DNA from: Basidiobolus meristosporus CBS 931.73
Lineage: Eukaryota > Fungi > Basidiobolomycota
DNA: 64,000 nt
NCBI GenBank assembly: GCA_002104905.1
Contig: MCFE01000310.1
Location: 1-64,000 of the forward strand
Direction of reading: 5' to 3'
Part shown: piece after piece, positions 58,479 through 64,000 of the stretch
How the letters are laid out: each line of letters starts with the position of its first letter
Numbering within the stretch: the stretch's first letter is position 1
Position numbers and translations under genes: made by a program
Notes under the pieces: generated by a model
Told to the model about the DNA's origin: nothing
Databases searched by the model: none
The model's input: the letters and a program-made list of their open reading frames with translations, nothing else

Positions 58479-60677
58479 ATGAGGTGGCCGCACTATTACT
58501 ACCTTGTGCTTGCTGCGACAGCATCTGCTCTTCGGCCATTCACTATTGAGGATTTAGTCAGTCTTGATAGACCCTCTGCCGCAATCCCCTCTCCAAATGG
58601 GCACTGGGCTGTTTTGAGTAAGGCACAGTATTCCATTGAAGAAAGCAAATTCTATAAAAATCTTGTGCTCATAAGCCTAATTACCGGGAAGGTACTTCCA
58701 CTTACTACACCAAATACCTATGGAGATAGAGAACCCATTTGGCTTGACTCTACTACTGTTGGCTTTATTTCAGACCGAAGCAACTCCTCCCAGCTATGGT
58801 CAATCTCCATCGACTTGCGCTCTGAACCCGTGCAGGTCACAGAGTTCCCGGTTGGCATAGCTAATATCAAATACAACACTGAAATGTCACTGTTGACCTT
58901 CACTTCTTCGGTGTATGAAGATGGGTCCTTGGAGGAGGCAGCCCGTCTAGATAACGAGAAATCGAATCGGTTTGACTCGGCCCTGGTATATGACGAGTTG
59001 TTTGTTCGTCACTGGGATCATTTTGTTCAGAGCAAGAAAACGCAGATATTTTCAGCACGTTTGGAGAGAAGGCGAAACGCGTTCAACCTATCTTCCCGAC
59101 CTGTCAATATCATGCAAGAAACCCCTTTACAATCCCCAGTTGATCCCTTTGGCGGACCGCAAGACTACGACGTTTCCCCTGACGGTAAGGAAGTTGCCTT
59201 CCTAGCAAAGAAGCCAGGCAGAGATCAAGCTTGGGAAACAGACACCAAAATTTATATTGCGCCTATCTCAGGCGACAAAAAGCCAATTACAATCACCGAA
59301 TCAAACCGGGGAGCCTGTTCTTCGCCCGTTTATTCGCCTAGCGGGAGATACCTGGCTTGGTTACAGATGGAAACCCCAAAATACGAGTCTGATCGGCGCA
59401 GAGTCGTCTTGTACGACAGGTCTAGCGGAGAGCGTAGATATTTAGTTGAGGACTGGGACAGAAGCCCTTCAGCACTCAGTTGGTCCAAAGACTCGAAAGT
59501 CTTGTATGCTATTTCTGAAGATGAAGGCAAGGCAAAGTTGTTTTCTATCAACGTCCGACGCAATGGTCTTTCACAGCTGTCGCAGGATCATTACGCTTGG
59601 GGGTTGAAACCCTTCCGTGGGTATTACGGGCATATGCTTGTGATGCAGAACTCCTTCACGTATCCATCTGAAGTGTACACTATCTCGCCCAGAAGCGGAA
59701 GACTGGAGCAGCACACGGACTTCCACAAGAGCAAGCTCAAGGATGTATTCATGTCCAAGCCAGAGGAGTTTTGGTTCGAAGGCAGTTATGGAGACAAGGT
59801 GCACGGGTTCATTTTTAAGCCCATCAATTTTGACCCATCTCAGAAGTACCCTCTGGCATTTTTGATCCATGGTGGGCCCCAGGGCGCGTGGACTGACGGC
59901 TTTAACTTCCTGTGGAATCCACAGATTTATGCATCGGCAGGATATGTTGTTGTTGCTATTAATCCCCGAGGCTCTACAGGCTATGGACAGAAGTTCACCG
60001 ATCAAATCAATAGAAACTGGGGTGGTGCGCCTTATCGCGATCTAATGATGGGGCTTGACTTTGTTCTTGATGAGTATGATTTCATTGATGGCTCCCGCAT
60101 GTGTGCCCTGGGCGCTAGCTATGGCGGCTACATGATCAACTGGCTGAACGGACACACCAAACGATTCAATTGCCTGGTCAATCACGATGGTGTTTTTGAT
60201 ACCATTGACCTCTACTACTCGACCGAAGAGCTGTATTTCCCCGAATTCGATTTCGGCGGCACCCCATGGGATCCGGTGGCGAAGCAGGTGTATAAGCATT
60301 GGTCCCCTGCCAAGTTCGTCTCTCGATGGACCACCCCCACATTGGTGATACATGGCGGCAAGGATTACAGAATCGTAGACGGAGCTGGCCTGTCCACCTT
60401 CACAGCTCTGCAACGCCAGGGTGTCCCATCACGTCTGGTGTATTTCCCTGATGAGAATCACTGGACCCTCAAGCCTGGAAACTCCATCCGTTGGCACCAC
60501 GAGGTGTTGGGTTGGCTAAACAAATACACCTCAGTGAAGGACCAAGCGATATTCCAATCTCAAGAAGAAGCTTTCCAGAGCTGGAATGTGTTCCAGGAGG
60601 ACCAAGTGACCACGGAAGCGCCATACAACTCCACTCTCGGGTGGGATGATGAGTCGATGTCGCCCTGGATGATGTAA
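58479..60677 (+). CDS. DPP5: Secreted dipeptidyl-peptidase V-like serine peptidase (S9C), intronless
   Basis: Signal peptide from the ATG at 58479, WD40-like beta-propeller repeats, LIHGGPQ, NPRGSTGYG, nucleophile GASYGG, Asp in DYRI, His in ENHW. Confidence 0.93.
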   Translation: MRWPHYYYLVLAATASALRPFTIEDLVSLDRPSAAIPSPNGHWAVLSKAQYSIEESKFYKNLVLISLITGKVLPLTTPNTYGDREPIWLDSTTVGFISDRSNSSQLWSISIDLRSEPVQVTEFPVGIANIKYNTEMSLLTFTSSVYEDGSLEEAARLDNEKSNRFDSALVYDELFVRHWDHFVQSKKTQIFSARLERRRNAFNLSSRPVNIMQETPLQSPVDPFGGPQDYDVSPDGKEVAFLAKKPGRDQAWETDTKIYIAPISGDKKPITITESNRGACSSPVYSPSGRYLAWLQMETPKYESDRRRVVLYDRSSGERRYLVEDWDRSPSALSWSKDSKVLYAISEDEGKAKLFSINVRRNGLSQLSQDHYAWGLKPFRGYYGHMLVMQNSFTYPSEVYTISPRSGRLEQHTDFHKSKLKDVFMSKPEEFWFEGSYGDKVHGFIFKPINFDPSQKYPLAFLIHGGPQGAWTDGFNFLWNPQIYASAGYVVVAINPRGSTGYGQKFTDQINRNWGGAPYRDLMMGLDFVLDEYDFIDGSRMCALGASYGGYMINWLNGHTKRFNCLVNHDGVFDTIDLYYSTEELYFPEFDFGGTPWDPVAKQVYKHWSPAKFVSRWTTPTLVIHGGKDYRIVDGAGLSTFTALQRQGVPSRLVYFPDENHWTLKPGNSIRWHHEVLGWLNKYTSVKDQAIFQSQEEAFQSWNVFQEDQVTTEAPYNSTLGWDDESMSPWMM

Positions 60678-61111
60678 TGAGAATCACACACGTACAGGCG
60701 AATCACCTAGCAAGTCCGCCTAACAAAGCACTCAAAATAAAGCATTATTCAATTCATTTGTCAGCAAACAAATCTCAGGATGATATGACTGCTAATCAGA
60801 TTCGGATATATATCTTAGATTGAAATTAAATCAAATCTATTGCTTGTACCAGTGATTCCCAATCAGCTTCGATTCATTGGTAAAGATAATATGATTCAAT
60901 GTAAGAAGTGCAGTGTCCCGCTGTAGTTAAATTGCTTGATATTTCCTTTCCATCCCCATAATCCTTCCACAATCCTACCTTAATCCTGCGTGCTTCTATT
61001 TTAGTGAAATATATGTCATCGCACTGAATCATTATTTCGCTTCTTTCCCTACCACCTGTTGTTTTACAGAATAGATTTTCCCTAGTTTTGTTTGTACTGA
61101 GCTAGCTCAAC

Positions 61112-63871
61112 ATGGTGCGCTCAGTGATCCATATGATTTTCACCAAACACGCCAAACTTATAGAAAACTGTTATCCCAGACAAACGTCCCAAAAAGGCCC
61201 CAAGCCAAGTGAAACTTCTTATCTCATATATTACGCAAGTTCCAGGCCCGTGAAGCTGCTGAAGGTCGCGCGTTACCTGGAAAGGCGAGTTGCCCAAGAT
61301 GCAAGCAGAAAAAAGTTTACTGATATCGAGGTCTCCCTGGCCATATGGAATGAATTGCTTCAAGGTTGTGCCCGAGATGTCAATTTATTTGCCAAAGGCG
61401 TGTTGAGTTCCCTCGAAATTGTCCTTAAAATTGGGGCTTACGAGTCTACGCTTGCTGCTGTGCAGACTGTATGTTCTCCTTCAAAGTACGTTTCAAGTGG
61501 AGAGATTCTTATGTTCGTTGTCCCATTTTTAGTTCTCCCTGTTTTGCTCGAACTACGATGGCACCTCTCTCGGCATTGATAGTGAACTAGCCTCGCTCTT
61601 GGATACTTTGTTGACCGAGTTTAGTAGCTGGTCCCAGTTATCAGACACTTCTTCGGAAATCAACCAAAGGTATCATCTTATTGGTGTGGATTTCTCCTTT
61701 CGCAGCGTGTCTGACCCCTCTCATTTTTACCAAGAATGCGTACCCTCGGCATAAAGGCGCTCTCTAGTTTTGTTACCTCACTGTCTGGTAAATCGACATA
61801 CGCAAAAAGATACCTCGGCTTTATTTTACCTGCGCTTCTATGTAACATCGACATTGCTCAGCTTCACCCTACGTAAGGCACTTTCATATCCATCGCACTT
61901 CATCCAACTCTAAAATCTCAGCGATTTTCTAGGGAAAATGCCAAAACGATCAACCTTAAATCGCTGAACACAATGGATGAAGACCTAAATGAGCTTGCAT
62001 CGATTTGTTTGGCAAACTTATTAAACAACACCAATGCTGCCAACATTAGTGTGATCAGCAAGCGCCTATTCAGGTGGGTTGTGGGTCGAAACCTCCTGTT
62101 GGGAAGTGTGCTCACCTTACTCCAACAGATATCTAGACGAAACTCGTGCTTGGGATCGCCACGAGAGCGTAATCGATATCATCCGCTACATCTTGGATAC
62201 AATGGAGGTAGTTCTAGTGCATTGATCTTGGCTCAATCCGGAATACTAACTGAATTCGTCAACATGCCAGCCAAGATACCGGTTTATGATCATTAACGAG
62301 ATCATCAAAAGAATCGACGCAGAATCGCTAACCCCCAAGAAGCATACGCTCACAGGATTGCTCGTATCACTTCTGTTGAACCACACACTAACACCTGGAA
62401 TCTCAATCCTGGAACTCCTCGGTGCCCTGGTAAACTACTTCAGTGAATGCTTGAAATCTGGTGATATGGCCGAGGAGCTTGTAACCATAGAGAACAACCT
62501 AATCAACGCGATCGGCGCTTTGGCAAAAAACATCTACTACGTAGATCAAATCACTGATATCCTCTCATATATCCTCGGGAAGATGAAAATCAGCGAGAAG
62601 CGTTCCGAGATTGACGGAGTCCCTGCCTCCTTGTTCAGAGTGAAGATGCTGCAATGTTTAACCGCTGTACTGGATAACAACAAGGTAGCATCCGCATCCA
62701 ACTCGATTGTTCCTCGAGTCACTTTTCGGGTGATATCTCTTGCCCTCCCGCTATTGAAGAGCGAATCCTTGGGTAAGCTGTTGATGTTCCGGACCACAGA
62801 CACGAGATGATGCTAATCCGCTTCTTAGAAATCAGAAAGGCCTGTGGTGGTTTCTTGTTGGCGTGTGTTGAGAGTGAAAATATCGGCACCAGCCACATTC
62901 CTAATCGTAAATTGACCATCAACAGCCGTCTTGTACGTCGTAACTCCAACCCCGATCTGAAATTCCGGAATTCCATCCACAAAATACTCGTTGACTGTGT
63001 GACAAAGAAATCGGCTGCTCCGGTGGACTTTGCCATAGCATACGCCATCTTCAGCAAGATGCTGCACCGCTACGTGTTTGATGAGCTGATCCTAACCGTC
63101 CCTGTGATGTTTAAGCTTCAAAAATTCAACGAGGCCAATGTGGACGGGGATTTCGCATCCAGGGTATTGCTGGACCAGCTGGTGGGCCTCTATATTCGTC
63201 GTCTTGGAAGCCAGCTAGACATTGCCGAGGTCGTAGACCAGGCGGAGCAAGTCGTCGAGAAACGAAAACTAGCGGACCAATGGTTCTCTCTGTTCGGTGA
63301 CGACGAGGACGAGAACCTTTCCAACCTCAGTGATCTATCAATGAACGATCTAAACGCCAAAAGCCTCGGCCCTGCGGACTATCAGTCTATCCCACTATCC
63401 TTCCATGATATCCTGAGAGTCCTTAACCATCGAGTGGAATTGAAAAGACGCTTCACAGAGTTGGAGAAGCAGCTGACCACGGACAACTCCATCTTCATCA
63501 CGGAGGATTCTAAAAAGCTCATCAGTCGGACCATCTCCTCAACCTCTAGAGTGATGCATGGCCTAATCCCCAAATTTACATTCCCGACCTTGCATAAGGC
63601 AGAGTACAAATCCAATGGAATCCGCAAACCAGTGAAGTTTGAGACGCTCAAGGAGGCCCTTAAGCTCTCCTGGGATTCCATCAACGAGCACGACGCGGAT
63701 TCATCGGTTAGACGCACCCCCTCCCAAACCACCAATTCAAAGAGATCGCAGAGGAGCACCCGCTCCGACATGTCCACTCTGTTGAAAACCATCACAACCA
63801 GCTCTTCCTCGGCATCGTCTTCCCTGGTGAACACTCCACGATTATCCTCAACCTCATACACGCAGGTTTAG
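61112..63871 (+). CDS. EFR3: EFR3 (PI4-kinase plasma-membrane anchoring armadillo-repeat protein), multi-exon
   Basis: KHAKLIENCYP...PKPSETSYLIYYASSRPVKLLKVARYLERR is the conserved EFR3 N-terminus. Later YYVDQITDILSYI is also conserved. Confidence 0.88.
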
Positions 63872-64000
63872 TTCCCTTGGTTGATCCAGGGCTACAAAGC
63901 CGCCGCGTATACCTAACTGTAGAGAAAATTCCCCGTCCGCTGAGCCTTCTCGTTGTAATCTAACCCCCTCCTTAATAAAGCAATGCTTGTATTCATCTTC

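Noticed and set aside
58479-60677. Horizontal transfer of the intronless DPP5 from bacteria
   Set aside because: S9C/DPP5 enzymes are widespread in fungi and several native genes here are also intronless. There is no compositional anomaly.

Overview
Eukaryotic, gene-dense, intron-rich fungal genomic DNA with short GT-AG introns and CTAAC-type branch points. A SERCA pump, an INTS4 homologue and a plant-type LRR membrane protein point to an early-diverging lineage (Zoopagomycota/Mucoromycota, possibly Basidiobolus-like; this is inference). About 30 protein genes or gene copies are supported. I could not support any rRNA, tRNA, CRISPR array or intact mobile element. Highlights: (1) a 9.3-kb block of two divergent gene pairs (2-hydroxyacid reductase + PLP aminotransferase; atypical P450 + a strongly remodelled, apparently presequence-less OGDH/DHTKD1-type E1) that looks like an undescribed 2-oxo-acid/amino-acid metabolic cluster; (2) three near-identical intronless FBA class II coding sequences with unrelated flanks, two carrying 1-nt indels; (3) a plant-like LRR receptor-like protein with one LRR per exon, next to a putatively GPI-anchored alginate/glucuronan lyase; (4) an Integrator subunit 4 gene; (5) several divergent paralogue-like genes (SKP1-like, DNAJC11 with HPN). 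Exon boundaries were read by eye, so multi-exon coordinates are approximate.
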